A program made the translations under genes and the position numbers. From Clostridiales bacterium Firm_09 (lineage in GTDB: Bacteria; Bacillota; Clostridia; Christensenellales; DTU072): a DNA stretch of 64,000 bases. Of the stretch, positions 28,190 through 38,960 are shown piece by piece. Every line of letters begins with the position of its first letter. Within the stretch, counting starts at the first letter, position 1. The DNA lies in the NCBI GenBank assembly GCA_001604065.1, contig LVAO01000005.1, positions 14,903-78,902 on the forward strand, written 5' to 3'. The notes below the pieces were generated by a model, which did no database searches, had not been told where the DNA came from, and saw nothing but the letters and a program-made list of their open reading frames with translations.

Positions 28190-29055
28190 GTGACAGAATC
28201 TTAAAAGCCGTCATCATGGGCGGCAAAGCAAGAATTGCAGTGCTTGATACGACCGGCATGGTCAATCGGTCTGTCATGATCCATAATTTGTCGCCGCTTG
28301 CGGCTGCGGCGTTGGGAAGGGCGTTGACCGCGGGTGCCTATATAGCCTCGAATTTGAAAAACAATGCAAAATTCAGTCTGATTGTCGACGGTGGCGGCCC
28401 TTTGGGGAAGATTGTCATCGCCGGAGAATCCGGAGGCACCGTGCGGGGGTTTGTAGAAAATCCTTCTACCGATTTGCCCGCAAAAAACGGCAAGCTGGAT
28501 GTCGGCAGCGCGGTAGGGAAGGACGGCTTTATCACCGTCATCAAGGATTTCGGGCTGAAAGAACCCTATGTCGGCAAATGCAAGCTTGTATCGGGTGAAA
28601 TCGCAGAGGATTTTACCTCGTATCTTCTGACCAGCGAAGGCATCCCTTCGGCGGTTGCGCTGGGTGTATTGGCGGATGCAGGAGGATGCAAAGCCTCAGG
28701 AGGGATCATTGCGGAAGCGCTGCCGGATGCGGACGACGGAGACATCCTTATTCTGGAAGACATCATGTCCAACTTTAAGCATATCAGTGCGCTTCTTGCC
28801 CAAAAACCGGTCGAGGAAATCATGGATTTTTATTTCGGGCATCTGGACGCGCAATTGTTTCCTGCCGAGGAGCTCAAGCTTGAATGCAGATGCAATGAAA
28901 AAATACACGATGTCATCCGCAGTTTAGGCAGAAAAGAGGCATATAAACTGATAAAAGAGCGTGATTTTATAGAAGCGCGTTGTGATTTCTGCAATAAAAC
29001 CTATACTTTTTCAGAATTCGATTTGAAAGCGGTATTTACAGAAAACAATGGCTAG
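28186..29055 (+). CDS. hslO: Hsp33-family redox-regulated chaperone
   Basis: Collinear Hsp33 fold with the C-terminal zinc centre CRC...(N28)...CDFC. The ATGA start overlaps the upstream stop. Confidence 0.9.
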   Translation: MSDRILKAVIMGGKARIAVLDTTGMVNRSVMIHNLSPLAAAALGRALTAGAYIASNLKNNAKFSLIVDGGGPLGKIVIAGESGGTVRGFVENPSTDLPAKNGKLDVGSAVGKDGFITVIKDFGLKEPYVGKCKLVSGEIAEDFTSYLLTSEGIPSAVALGVLADAGGCKASGGIIAEALPDADDGDILILEDIMSNFKHISALLAQKPVEEIMDFYFGHLDAQLFPAEELKLECRCNEKIHDVIRSLGRKEAYKLIKERDFIEARCDFCNKTYTFSEFDLKAVFTENNG

Positions 29056-30733
29056 AATATTGAACCTGGACGGACAGTCCCCCGAATTCTTTTTCCACCT
29101 CGCCCTCGAACAAATGGAGGCCGGCGCCTATTATGACGCAATCCTGAATCTCATTAAAGCGCGTGATCTGGACGAAAATCCGCACTATGCTTTGCAGCTG
29201 GCGGAAGCGTATTATCATACCAAAAATTTTGAGCAGTCAACCAATATTTATATCGGATTGTTTTTTGGGGAGCGCCGTATGGCGTATATACTCGCCATCT
29301 ACAGAAATCTTTTTCTTATGGGGCGCACGCAGGAAGCGAGGAGATTTGTTCTGGCATGCCTCAAAGATCCCGAGAACATCTCATTGGATGATATGGACGC
29401 ATTGCCGGAGATGGATGAAGAAGATCTTCAGCGTATTCTGGGATTGGTTGAAAACAATGATATCGAAAGCTTCTTTGATTTGACCGAAATGAGAAAATCG
29501 TTTGCAGAAGAAGATCTGGATGAACTGCGGGAATTGGTTGCCAAGGGAAATTATGATAAGGCAATCATGCGCGCAATGGAAGTCCATCCGGATTCTGATT
29601 TATACAACAGCGCTCAGGAAATCATTTGCATCGCGTCAAATGAGCGCGGAGATTTTGATTTGGCAGAAAAGACAGCCCGTGCTCAGTCCGAACGCATGCC
29701 GGACAGTCTGATCGCTTTCAGCGTGCTTGCGCTGATGCCGGACAGGGTGCCGCAGCAAGAAATCGAAGCGCGGCTGGAGAAGCTTTTTGCCCTGGTGGGA
29801 AACGATCCGCAGAAATCGGTCAATCTTTTGCGCGTGCTGGCGCAGACAAAATACAATGCCCTTCATGAAAAATACGTAGAACAATTTTATCTTCTCAATC
29901 CTTGTGTGTTTTCAATGATTGCCTACAAAACCTCGTTCTGTTTTGCCGCCGGCAGGGACGAAGAGGGCAAAGCCTGTTTAAGAAGATTGCAGATGCTGTT
30001 TCCACGTGATTTTCTGGCGAGAGCATACACCGGACTTTACGAAGCAAAGGTGCCGAAGCATTGCTGGCAGCAGATGCTCTGTCTTCCTTTCTGTACAGAA
30101 ACCGAAGCGATATACAAAAAGCTTCTGCAAAATGTTCATTCGCAGAGAAAGACACAGGAATCGGGTGAAAAACTTATAAATTATCTTTGCGCTGTTATGA
30201 TGGGAAAATCAGAGGAGGATATCTCTTTTCTCATCAAAGAGTTGGCGGCAAATTCACAATACAGCGATATTCTGACCCGGTTTTTTATAAGAGCCTTGTC
30301 CGATATCCATCTTGGGGGCGGGCAGAAATGCGACCTTGTATACGGCATGCTGATGAACGGCTGGGATACAGAAGCGGACGTCATGATGGGAGACACCTTT
30401 GTCCATTGCAGAATTGCGGCCCTGGAAAGTGTTCATTTTCCGGTTCATTTGCAAAGGATATACTGCGAAATCTATGTGCAGATGATTTCGGACGGCGAAA
30501 AGCCCAATCCCGAAGCGCTTCTGGATATTATCCGAAAAATGAATTCTAAGGGTATAAAAAGAAGCATGGTGTTTGAGGCGCTTCTTGCCGTGGTGCATTA
30601 CCTTTATGAATTGTTTACAGGCTCTGAGGATGAGGAGATGGAAGACTTTATAGAGATATATGACGCCAATCCCAGGACAGTCGAAAAATATCTCAATTTA
30701 TATAAATGCATATTGACAGAAAAACAAGAGTGA
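29048..30733 (+). CDS. hypothetical all-helical (TPR-like) protein
   Basis: 561 aa. The N-terminal ALEQMEAGAYYDAILNLIKA..LQLAEAYYHTKNFEQS looks like TPR hairpins. The start overlaps the hslO end by 8 nt. Confidence 0.55.
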   Translation: MARILNLDGQSPEFFFHLALEQMEAGAYYDAILNLIKARDLDENPHYALQLAEAYYHTKNFEQSTNIYIGLFFGERRMAYILAIYRNLFLMGRTQEARRFVLACLKDPENISLDDMDALPEMDEEDLQRILGLVENNDIESFFDLTEMRKSFAEEDLDELRELVAKGNYDKAIMRAMEVHPDSDLYNSAQEIICIASNERGDFDLAEKTARAQSERMPDSLIAFSVLALMPDRVPQQEIEARLEKLFALVGNDPQKSVNLLRVLAQTKYNALHEKYVEQFYLLNPCVFSMIAYKTSFCFAAGRDEEGKACLRRLQMLFPRDFLARAYTGLYEAKVPKHCWQQMLCLPFCTETEAIYKKLLQNVHSQRKTQESGEKLINYLCAVMMGKSEEDISFLIKELAANSQYSDILTRFFIRALSDIHLGGGQKCDLVYGMLMNGWDTEADVMMGDTFVHCRIAALESVHFPVHLQRIYCEIYVQMISDGEKPNPEALLDIIRKMNSKGIKRSMVFEALLAVVHYLYELFTGSEDEEMEDFIEIYDANPRTVEKYLNLYKCILTEKQE

Positions 30734-30786
30734 CAACGATATAATTCCGTCACAAAGCATAAAAATCGGTATTTTTGTCTGCAGAA

Positions 30787-31803
30787 TCAGAAATTGCCGT
30801 CCAAAACAATAATTTTTGCCTTGTTTTCCGCCGGGATGCCGAAGCGGTCATAGAATTTGTCCATGCGGGAGAGCATCAGCCAGCGGACGAGAACCGCGAC
30901 GCCGAAGCCGGTAAAGCCGCCGAAGACGACATCGGAGAGGTAATGCGCGCCGATGACAATGCGGCTGAGGCAGACCAGCACGGTGTAAATTGCGGGAAAC
31001 ACCCAAAACATCCATTTGTATTTTGCCAGCCTTCTGAACATATCCGGCAGCAGGATGACACCGAAGGATGCCGCCGCCGCGACAGAATGACCGGAAGGGA
31101 AAGACTTAAAAGCATCGTGATCGGCGGCCTTGTATGCGCGGATATAAGCATCGGTGCGAATGGGATCGGGAAACAACAACTGAGGCTTGTACCAGGGTGA
31201 GAAGCCTTTGAAATAGTCGCCGTCGCGGACAAATTCGGCTATCAAGGAGGCATTTGCGGGATTTTCGGGAGTCATTGTGCGGAAGCGCTGGCGCGACCAG
31301 ACCAACTTCATAATCTGTACAATCAGATTGCTGAGTGCGGCGACGATGGCAAGAAAACAGGCAAAAAACAACAGACGCCGCATCAGCTTTTTGTCAACTT
31401 TGGCACAGGAGAGAATCAGACAGAGAGTGAGAATTGCAGAGAATACGATTTTATAGACAATCGCATAGTCGATAGATTCTTTCACGAAGTTTTCCCAAAA
31501 CCAACTGCCGATGGCATAAAACCAGCCCAAAAAAATAAGCGCGGCGCTTAGGATTTTGAAAAAGATCACCTGTCCTCTGGTTCTTCCGAAGCCCTGATAA
31601 AACAGGATGACGCCGACGGCCGGAGCCGAAAGATAACTTGGCAGTTCTCCTAAGTTCGCAAAATACTGACCGAACAGGCTGTCCGGACGATACATTGCTT
31701 TGCTGATAGCCAGATCATAGAAGGCAGCCAAAATAATAAGCACCGCAAACACGCCGGAACATGCGGCAATCTGAATCCAGGCCTTTTTACTGATTTTTTG
31801 CAT
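30787..31803 (-). CDS. PAP2-family membrane phosphatase
   Basis: Polytopic N-terminal half, then the PAP2 motifs KSFPSGHS and SRIVIGAHYLSDV. Confidence 0.8.
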   Translation of the reverse strand: MQKISKKAWIQIAACSGVFAVLIILAAFYDLAISKAMYRPDSLFGQYFANLGELPSYLSAPAVGVILFYQGFGRTRGQVIFFKILSAALIFLGWFYAIGSWFWENFVKESIDYAIVYKIVFSAILTLCLILSCAKVDKKLMRRLLFFACFLAIVAALSNLIVQIMKLVWSRQRFRTMTPENPANASLIAEFVRDGDYFKGFSPWYKPQLLFPDPIRTDAYIRAYKAADHDAFKSFPSGHSVAAAASFGVILLPDMFRRLAKYKWMFWVFPAIYTVLVCLSRIVIGAHYLSDVVFGGFTGFGVAVLVRWLMLSRMDKFYDRFGIPAENKAKIIVLDGNF

Positions 31804-31860
31804 AGCTGCCTCCTTGACGACAGGATTATTTCTTTATTGAGAATCGCTTCTCCGTCCTGT

Positions 31861-33249
31861 TTAATATTCCAAACGGTCTGCGATGTACGCGGAGAGTTCG
31901 TTTGCGGATACGCGCACCTGCTCCATGCTGTCGCGGTCGCGTACGGTGACCGTGTTGTTTTCAAGTGTGTCAAAATCCACCGTTATGCACCACGGCGTGC
32001 CTATTTCGTCCTGACGACGGTAGCGCTTGCCGATGCTGCCCGTTTCGTCATAAGCAACCGGGAATTTTTTTGCAAGATTGCGATAGATTTCTGTTGCTTT
32101 TTCGCCGAGCTGCTTTTTCTGCAGGGGAAGAACGGCGGCTTTGCAGGGCGCAAGCGTGGGATGGAGGTGCAGAACAACGCGGCTGTCGCCCTCGCCGAGA
32201 TCCTGTTCTTCATAGGCATTGCAGAGAAAAGCAAGCACCGCCCTGTCTGCTCCGAGAGAAGGCTCGATGCAGTAGGGGATGTATCGTGCGTTGGTGACGG
32301 GATCGGTATATTCCAAGGACTTGCCGGACTTGTTCATATGCGCTTTGAGGTCGAAATCCGTTCTGTCGGCGATGCCCCACAATTCTCCCCAGCCGAACGG
32401 GAAGAGGAATTCGAAGTCGGTCGTCGCATTGGAGTAATGCGAAAGCTCCGCCTTATCGTGATCGCGCAGTTTGAGGTTTTCATTCTTCATACCCAAGTTC
32501 AGGAGCCACTGATGGCAGAAATTCTTCCAATAAGCAAACCATTGCAGGTCGGTGCCGGGCTCGCAGAAAAACTCCAGCTCCATCTGTTCGAATTCGCGTG
32601 TGCGGAAGGTGAAATTGCCGGGTGTGATCTCATTGCGGAAACTCTTGCCTATCTGCGCAATACCGAAAGGCACGCGGCTTCTTGTCGTTCTTTGCACGTT
32701 GGCGAAATTGACAAAAATACCCTGCGCGGTCTCGGGACGAAGGTAAACGGTGCTCGCGGTATCCTCGGTGACACCTTGAAAGGTCTTGAACATCAGATTG
32801 AATTTGCGGACGCCCGTAAAGTTGCTGTTGCCGCAGACGGGGCACTTGATTTTATTGTCAATAACAAATTTTTCCATCTGCTCATTGCTCCAGCCGGCGA
32901 TTTTGATGGGCAGCTTGTTTTTTGCAATATAATCCTCAATGAGGTTATCCGCGCGATGGCGGGAACGGCACTCTTTGCAATCCATCAGAGGATCGGAGAA
33001 GCCGCCGATATGCCCGCTTGCTTCCCATACGGTGGGATTCATGAGAATGGCGCAATCGACGCCGACATTATACTCGCTTTCCTGGACAAATTTCTTCCAC
33101 CAGGCGCGTTTGACATTGTTTTTAAGTTCGACGCCCAAAGGACCGTAGTCCCAGGTGTTCGCAAGTCCGCCGTAAATTTCGCTGCCGGGGTATATGAATC
33201 CTCTGCCTTTGCAGAGGGCGACAAGTTTATCCATCGTTAAATTGCCCAT
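31861..33249 (-). CDS. glyQS: glycine--tRNA ligase (dimeric alpha2 type)
   Basis: [58 protein letters not shown], and a C-terminal anticodon-binding domain. Confidence 0.9.
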   Translation of the reverse strand: MGNLTMDKLVALCKGRGFIYPGSEIYGGLANTWDYGPLGVELKNNVKRAWWKKFVQESEYNVGVDCAILMNPTVWEASGHIGGFSDPLMDCKECRSRHRADNLIEDYIAKNKLPIKIAGWSNEQMEKFVIDNKIKCPVCGNSNFTGVRKFNLMFKTFQGVTEDTASTVYLRPETAQGIFVNFANVQRTTRSRVPFGIAQIGKSFRNEITPGNFTFRTREFEQMELEFFCEPGTDLQWFAYWKNFCHQWLLNLGMKNENLKLRDHDKAELSHYSNATTDFEFLFPFGWGELWGIADRTDFDLKAHMNKSGKSLEYTDPVTNARYIPYCIEPSLGADRAVLAFLCNAYEEQDLGEGDSRVVLHLHPTLAPCKAAVLPLQKKQLGEKATEIYRNLAKKFPVAYDETGSIGKRYRRQDEIGTPWCITVDFDTLENNTVTVRDRDSMEQVRVSANELSAYIADRLEY

Positions 33250-33351
33250 AGAAAAAAGATCTCCTCATTTTTTTCAATAGACACATCATATATAAATTGC
33301 ACTTAAATGTCAATAGAATAAACAGAACAAGGACTGCATTGCGATTTTCCT

Positions 33352-34071
33352 TCAGTTTGCAGAAGTGATATTATCCGAAACGCAGACGGCGCGTATGCCT
33401 GCTTTTTTATAATACTCCAGAATCTGCGGGAGAGCCGCAAGTGTATGCGCGGTCGGATGCATCAGTATCAGATCCCCATATTGGATATCCGAAGTTGCCC
33501 GTTTGAGAACCAAATCCGCGTCCTTATCCCTCCAGTCGATGGTATCTCTGCTCCACAGGATCACTTTCATGTTCAGAGCGTCGCAGGCTTTGTACATATT
33601 GGTTCCGACATCGCCGGAAGGTGGGGCGAAGAGAGACGGAGTCTTGCCGGTCAGTTCCGCAATCAATTTGTTGGTCAGTTCGATTTCCTGCTTGTTGCGC
33701 TCCAGGCTCAGCTTTCCTGCATCCAGATGCAGATAGCCGTGGTTGCCGAGTTCGTGTCCGCGTGCGGCGATTTCTTTGACAAGTTCGTTATTTTTTGCCG
33801 CCCAGCTTCCGCCGATAAAAAAGGTTGTTCGGACGCCGTAAGCGTCCAGAACATCCAGCATCGGCTCTATGTACTCGGTTCCCCAATAGACGTTGATCAT
33901 CAGTGAGACGCGGGGTTCCTTTGTATCGCCTTTGTATATTGCTTTGCCGTTTACGGATACCGTGGCGCTTTCTTCCGAAAAATACACGCCCGCTATAAGC
34001 AGCGAAACAACGGCAAGGATTATGAGGTTCGATGTGAAATGAACGAAGACGCTCTCTTTATTGAGTTTCAT
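33352..34071 (-). CDS. polysaccharide deacetylase (NodB fold), PdaB-like sporulation type
   Basis: N-terminal TM anchor, then SLMINVYWGTEYIEPMLD..TFFIGGSWA..GHELGNHGY.H and W..DT.DW. Confidence 0.75.
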   Translation of the reverse strand: MKLNKESVFVHFTSNLIILAVVSLLIAGVYFSEESATVSVNGKAIYKGDTKEPRVSLMINVYWGTEYIEPMLDVLDAYGVRTTFFIGGSWAAKNNELVKEIAARGHELGNHGYLHLDAGKLSLERNKQEIELTNKLIAELTGKTPSLFAPPSGDVGTNMYKACDALNMKVILWSRDTIDWRDKDADLVLKRATSDIQYGDLILMHPTAHTLAALPQILEYYKKAGIRAVCVSDNITSAN

Positions 34072-34293
34072 ATTTCCATTTTATTATGTAGGCTGGCCAA
34101 ACATGCCAATGACCCGAATTCTTATCCTGCGAAGAAAATAGTATTATGTGTCCGGATGATGGATTTGAAGCGTTGCGGCAAATGATTCTGCGGGGATTTT
34201 TATCAATCGGGCAACTCGGGCAAAATACTGATTGTAAAAACACTTTGTATAGTGTATACTTACTAACATACCACCCATATCAGGAAACCGGCC

Positions 34294-35553
34294 ATGAAAA
34301 AAATCATCACCTTCCCAAGCGGCATGCGTGTTGCCATGCATCCCATGAAATATACACGTGTCGTAACCATCGGTGTCTATGTCGGCGTTGGCAGCAGCTG
34401 CGAAACCAAGGACATCAACGGCATCTCCCATTTTATCGAGCATATGGTGTTCAAAGGCACCGAACGTCGCAGCGCATTTGAAATTGCGGATGAGATGGAA
34501 AGCATCGGCGCGCAGATCAACGCGTTCACTTCACGCGACTGCACCGCGTTCTATACGATTTCGACGGATGAGCATACCGAAAAATGCTTTGATGTGCTGA
34601 GCGACATTTTCTTTCATTCCAAACTTTCGGAAGACAGTATGGAAAATGAAAAAGGTGTCGTCATAGAAGAAATCAATATGTGCAACGACGATCCTACCGA
34701 TCTCTGTCAGGACCAGCTGAATCTCGCGCACTTCGGGGATACCGGACTGGGCAGACCTATTCTCGGCACGATTGAGAATGTCAGAAGCTTTACACCAGAA
34801 AAGCTGCGCCAATATATGTCCAGCTATTATTGTGCGGACAATGTAGTCATTTCCGTGGCGGGAAACTTTAACGAAAATGCCATACTGGATTTAATCAATA
34901 CGTATTTTGAACAAGTCTTTGTCAACAAGGTTGCGGTGCGCTGCGAAAAAACAACCAAAAGGATTTTCAGAAGGCAACTCAAAATTCTTAAACCCACCGA
35001 ACAAATCAACATAGCCTTTGCATTTCCTTCCTATAAAATATCGGACAAAAAAATACCCCAGCTGTATCTGCTTTCCAACATCTTGGGCGGAGGCATGTCA
35101 TCCAGACTGTTCCAGAAGCTTCGGGAAGAGAACGGGCTGGTATACGATGTTTATGCAACCGACAGCGAATATAAAAATACCGGCATGTTTATGGTTTATC
35201 TTGCCGCCAAGCCGGAGTCTGCAGAAAAAGCCGTACGCGTCGTCAAGGAGGTATTTGATGATATCAAAAGCAATCTGATCACGCAGCAGGAGTTGAACAA
35301 AGGCAAGGAACAGCTTAAGAGCTCGTTGGTATTCGGCTCAGAGAAGGCAGTTTCTGTCATGCGATCCAACGGCATTCAGGTATTGCTGGCTGACCGCACC
35401 TTCAATATGGAGAAGAGACTGGAAGAAATAGAGGCGATCACCATGGACGGCGTAGCGGAAGTCATCGGAGAGGTGCTCAACTTCGCGGATATGAGCTGCA
35501 GCTATGTCGGCAAAGAGAACGGGTTGGACCCCATCAATATCCTCCGCGGATAA
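34294..35553 (+). CDS. M16-family (pitrilysin/insulinase) zinc peptidase
   Basis: The inverted zinc motif HFIEHMVFKGT (HxxEH) and GG.SSRLFQ.LRE..GL.Y. Confidence 0.85.
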   Translation: MKKIITFPSGMRVAMHPMKYTRVVTIGVYVGVGSSCETKDINGISHFIEHMVFKGTERRSAFEIADEMESIGAQINAFTSRDCTAFYTISTDEHTEKCFDVLSDIFFHSKLSEDSMENEKGVVIEEINMCNDDPTDLCQDQLNLAHFGDTGLGRPILGTIENVRSFTPEKLRQYMSSYYCADNVVISVAGNFNENAILDLINTYFEQVFVNKVAVRCEKTTKRIFRRQLKILKPTEQINIAFAFPSYKISDKKIPQLYLLSNILGGGMSSRLFQKLREENGLVYDVYATDSEYKNTGMFMVYLAAKPESAEKAVRVVKEVFDDIKSNLITQQELNKGKEQLKSSLVFGSEKAVSVMRSNGIQVLLADRTFNMEKRLEEIEAITMDGVAEVIGEVLNFADMSCSYVGKENGLDPINILRG

Positions 35554-35607
35554 TAGGGTTCCTATTTTCGTCGACAACGTTTGCAGAGAAAGGAGCATGG
35601 ATTTAGA

Positions 35608-36003
35608 ATGGAAGACAAAATGGAAGATAAAATGGATATGCTGCAAGTCATATTCGATTTGCAAAAAAAATTTGATACCGAAATTGTAGAAAAGAGGAAT
35701 CTTGCGGGGATTTCGCCGGACCAATGGATTCAGAAAGAGGTTCTTGCGATGCTCTCCGAGCTTGCAGAACTTCTGGATGAAGTCAATTTCAAGTGGTGGA
35801 AGAATCCCAAAGAAATCAATTACGAAAATGTGAAAGGTGAACTTATTGATATCCTGCACTTCTTCGCCAGCATGTGCATCAAGGTAGGTATGGACGCCTC
35901 CGAGGTCTATGCGCGCTACATAGAAAAGAATAAAGAAAATTTTTTGCGTCAGTATGGTAAATCCGCGAAGAAGGGCTACGAACTCAGTAAGTCAGAGGAC
36001 TAG
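35608..36003 (+). CDS. dimeric dUTPase / all-alpha NTP-pyrophosphohydrolase family protein
   Basis: About 131 aa and all-helical. The E..EL.DE...KWWK and ELIDILHF acidic motifs are typical of the dUTPase_2/MazG-like fold. The start (ATG at 35608) is uncertain. Confidence 0.55.
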   Translation: MEDKMEDKMDMLQVIFDLQKKFDTEIVEKRNLAGISPDQWIQKEVLAMLSELAELLDEVNFKWWKNPKEINYENVKGELIDILHFFASMCIKVGMDASEVYARYIEKNKENFLRQYGKSAKKGYELSKSED

Positions 36004-36005
36004 CT

Positions 36006-38960
36006 ATGGCGCGCAAACAAAAAATTTCGTATAAAAAATCCGGTTATATCGTGCTTGCGTCGGCAGCACTGCTTACGATGCTGACGGCATTTAACGCAAC
36101 CAGAGGCTTTTTGATCGGGCTTTTCGGATGGGCGCTCTGCGCCTATCTCCCGGCAGCGGGACTGCTTGCCGTATTTATGATTGCCGGGAGAAAGCCCGGC
36201 GTCACCCGATATCGCGCGCTCATATATGGGTTGCTGTTCATTTCAATCGTCTGTGCAATGCACGTCGGCTTTGCAAAAAATCTCATCACAGGCAGCCAGA
36301 ATTACATTACCGCGCCGTTAAAAGGTTATGCGACTGTCGGCGGTTCGATTGCCTCTGTTCTCACCGCGCCATTGGTGCTGACAACACGTGATTATGGACT
36401 ATCGCTTGCGCTTTTATTTGTGATTGCCTCGATTCTTCTTTTCATCGCGATTTATCCTCTGATTCTGAAAATCCGCGACGGCTCTCCGCGCAAGAAAAAA
36501 CCGAAAAAGCCGGAAACCACAATCGCTGCCAATCCCATTCCCAAGAAAAATTCGATGTATGTGTCCGAAATCGAAAAGAATGACGACAGTCGGGACACGC
36601 CGAGCATTTTCGAGCCCAAAGAACCGTTTGAACCGGATAAATCCGGATTATTTTCTTCAATCCTGTCCGAGGAGGATGTCCACAGACGCGACGCAAAAGA
36701 CAGCTTCCGGGTTCTTTATGAGAATGCCGAACCCAAAAAAGAAGAGGATAAACCGAGACTCCGCGTCCTTGATGAGCCGGCTAAAACCAAGTTTGCCGCA
36801 GAGCCGGCTTTCCGGTCCCGTACATTGAACGATTATCCGCAGCCCATACCTGTCGCGCAGCCGCAGTCGCCGCGGATGCAGCCGGACATTGCCCGTATGC
36901 CTCAGGCCCCTGAGACAAATGAGCCGCCCAAACCCAAGAAAATCATTACCAATCCCATCGAATATATCAATACGCCGCTCCGTCCGGAAGAGTATCTGGA
37001 AATGGTTGCTCCCAAAGGAACAGACGGCTATCACATACCCTCTAAAAAAGAGCAGGAGGCCTCCTGCAGCCCGGCACCTTCGTACAATCCTAAGATGTAT
37101 GGCATGCCGGCGTACGCTCCTCCTGAGCCGCAGTCCATTGCTCGGTCCAAGCCCGCCGGGTATGAGCCGGATCCGGCCTATGCCGCAGCCCGAAAGGATG
37201 TTTGTCCGAAACGTGAAGAGACGGCCGCTGCAATGCCGAACTTCTTCGGCGGCAATCTTGATTTTTCAAAAATGGACCTAGGCTCCGTCTGCCGGCAGGA
37301 GAAGATCATGCCGGAAAAGACACCCGTATCGACGACAAGCACAGTCAAAGCGGAACCCCCGCAAGCACCTTCTCCCACGGCGGAAGAAAGGTCCGGCTCC
37401 CGTACCGGGACAGAAACACCTGCGCAGACGGACAAGCCCGTGCAGCAATCGATATTCGGTGTCCAGGAAGCTCCCAAGCCGTATATAAAACCAAAAAAAT
37501 ATATCCTGCCGCCTTTGGATCTTTTGAAAAACTATCCTACCAACAGCGGCAATTTTGCGGAGGATTATGATATTTACAGCGCCCGTATCCAGCAGACGAT
37601 GGAGGAGTTTTCTATCCCCGCGACAGTGACGGGAGCGCAGAGAGGCCCCACATTCACACGGTATGAGCTGAGCCTCGGCCTGGGCTGCAATATCCGCAAG
37701 GTCGCCAATCTGCAGGAAAACCTGACCATGCGGCTTGAAGTGCAATCCATCCGTATTCTCGCACCGATAGCCGGGAAGAACGCCTTCGGCATCGAAATTC
37801 CCAACAAGGAACGGGATACCGTCGGCTTGCGCAGTATTCTTGCATCCGAAAAATTCATGCTTGCCGAAAAGGGAATTCATGTCGCACTGGGCAAGACACT
37901 TGAAGGAGAACCCTTTGTCGCCGATCTTGCAAGCATGCCGCACCTTTTGGTCGCAGGCGCTACGGGTACGGGAAAGAGCGTCTTCATCAACCAGTTATTG
38001 ATAAGCATCCTGTACAAATATTCTCCGGAGGATGTGCGCCTGATTTTGATTGACCCCAAAAAAGTGGAGCTTTCGGTCTATCAGAACCTTCCCAACATGC
38101 TGATACGCGAGACGGTCAAGGAAGCGCAGCACGCCATCAACATGCTCAACTGGCTGACCAAAGAAATGGATCAGCGATACGACTTCCTGTCCAAAACCGG
38201 AGCGGTGGATATCGACCATTACAACAACAGCATACGGGACAAGAATACGGAGCCGAAGATGTTCCGTATCGTATTGGTGGTGGACGAAATGTCCGATCTT
38301 ATGATGAAAGGCAGAAACCAGGTGGAAGAGCCTATCGTGCGCATTGCGCAATTAGGAAGAGCCTGCGGCATCCACCTGATACTTGCCACACAGCGCCCGA
38401 CCGTCAACGTGATAACCGGATTAATCAAGGGCAACATCCTTGCGCGTGTTGCGTTTTCGGTCAAAACCGCGATGGACAGCCGCATCATTCTGGACGAGGT
38501 GGGGGCAGAGTCTTTACTGGGCAAAGGCGATTTGATTTACTCATTCAAAGATCTGTTTCTTCGTATGCAGGGAGCGCTGGTCGAGCCCGATGACATACGC
38601 AAAATCTGCAATTTCATACGTGTCAACAATGAAGCGTCGTTCAACGAAGAGTTGGCCTCTCAGATCAAGGCGGAACCAAGAACCCCGCAGGATGAGCCGG
38701 AAGAAAAGATATCGGCATCGCAGGAACGCGAACAGGATTTCGAATTGCTGCTCCGGAAGATACTCAAAGGGTTTATTCTGGAGAAAAAAGCTTCGGTTTC
38801 TATGGCGCAGGCAAAATACAGCGTGGGCTACATCCGCGCAAAAAAATTGATTGACGCAATGACGGACAGAGGCTTTATCAGCAAAGAGGACGGCGCAAAA
38901 CCCAGAGAGGTGCTTATCACTATGGAAGAATACGAGCAGATGTTCGGCGAGGAGAACTGA
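36006..38960 (+). CDS. ftsK: DNA translocase FtsK/SpoIIIE
   Basis: N-terminal TM helices and a long Pro/Glu-rich linker. The motor domain has Walker A GATGTGKS and Walker B VVDEMSDL. C-terminal gamma winged helix. Confidence 0.9.
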   Translation: MARKQKISYKKSGYIVLASAALLTMLTAFNATRGFLIGLFGWALCAYLPAAGLLAVFMIAGRKPGVTRYRALIYGLLFISIVCAMHVGFAKNLITGSQNYITAPLKGYATVGGSIASVLTAPLVLTTRDYGLSLALLFVIASILLFIAIYPLILKIRDGSPRKKKPKKPETTIAANPIPKKNSMYVSEIEKNDDSRDTPSIFEPKEPFEPDKSGLFSSILSEEDVHRRDAKDSFRVLYENAEPKKEEDKPRLRVLDEPAKTKFAAEPAFRSRTLNDYPQPIPVAQPQSPRMQPDIARMPQAPETNEPPKPKKIITNPIEYINTPLRPEEYLEMVAPKGTDGYHIPSKKEQEASCSPAPSYNPKMYGMPAYAPPEPQSIARSKPAGYEPDPAYAAARKDVCPKREETAAAMPNFFGGNLDFSKMDLGSVCRQEKIMPEKTPVSTTSTVKAEPPQAPSPTAEERSGSRTGTETPAQTDKPVQQSIFGVQEAPKPYIKPKKYILPPLDLLKNYPTNSGNFAEDYDIYSARIQQTMEEFSIPATVTGAQRGPTFTRYELSLGLGCNIRKVANLQENLTMRLEVQSIRILAPIAGKNAFGIEIPNKERDTVGLRSILASEKFMLAEKGIHVALGKTLEGEPFVADLASMPHLLVAGATGTGKSVFINQLLISILYKYSPEDVRLILIDPKKVELSVYQNLPNMLIRETVKEAQHAINMLNWLTKEMDQRYDFLSKTGAVDIDHYNNSIRDKNTEPKMFRIVLVVDEMSDLMMKGRNQVEEPIVRIAQLGRACGIHLILATQRPTVNVITGLIKGNILARVAFSVKTAMDSRIILDEVGAESLLGKGDLIYSFKDLFLRMQGALVEPDDIRKICNFIRVNNEASFNEELASQIKAEPRTPQDEPEEKISASQEREQDFELLLRKILKGFILEKKASVSMAQAKYSVGYIRAKKLIDAMTDRGFISKEDGAKPREVLITMEEYEQMFGEEN

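Noticed and set aside
31798-33240. A 480-aa plus-strand ORF opposite glyQS.
   Set aside because: It is codon-aligned antisense of a clear GlyRS gene. It has no motifs and atypical composition.
33250-33351. I looked for T-box leaders upstream of glyQS and proS (20143-20438 and 20796-20808), and for a lysine riboswitch upstream of asd (26933-27151).
   Set aside because: The glyQS and proS upstream gaps are too short (~100 nt and 13 nt) and lack a T-box consensus or terminator/antiterminator pair. The asd leader is AT-rich, with no L-box-like conserved helices. No riboswitch can be supported.
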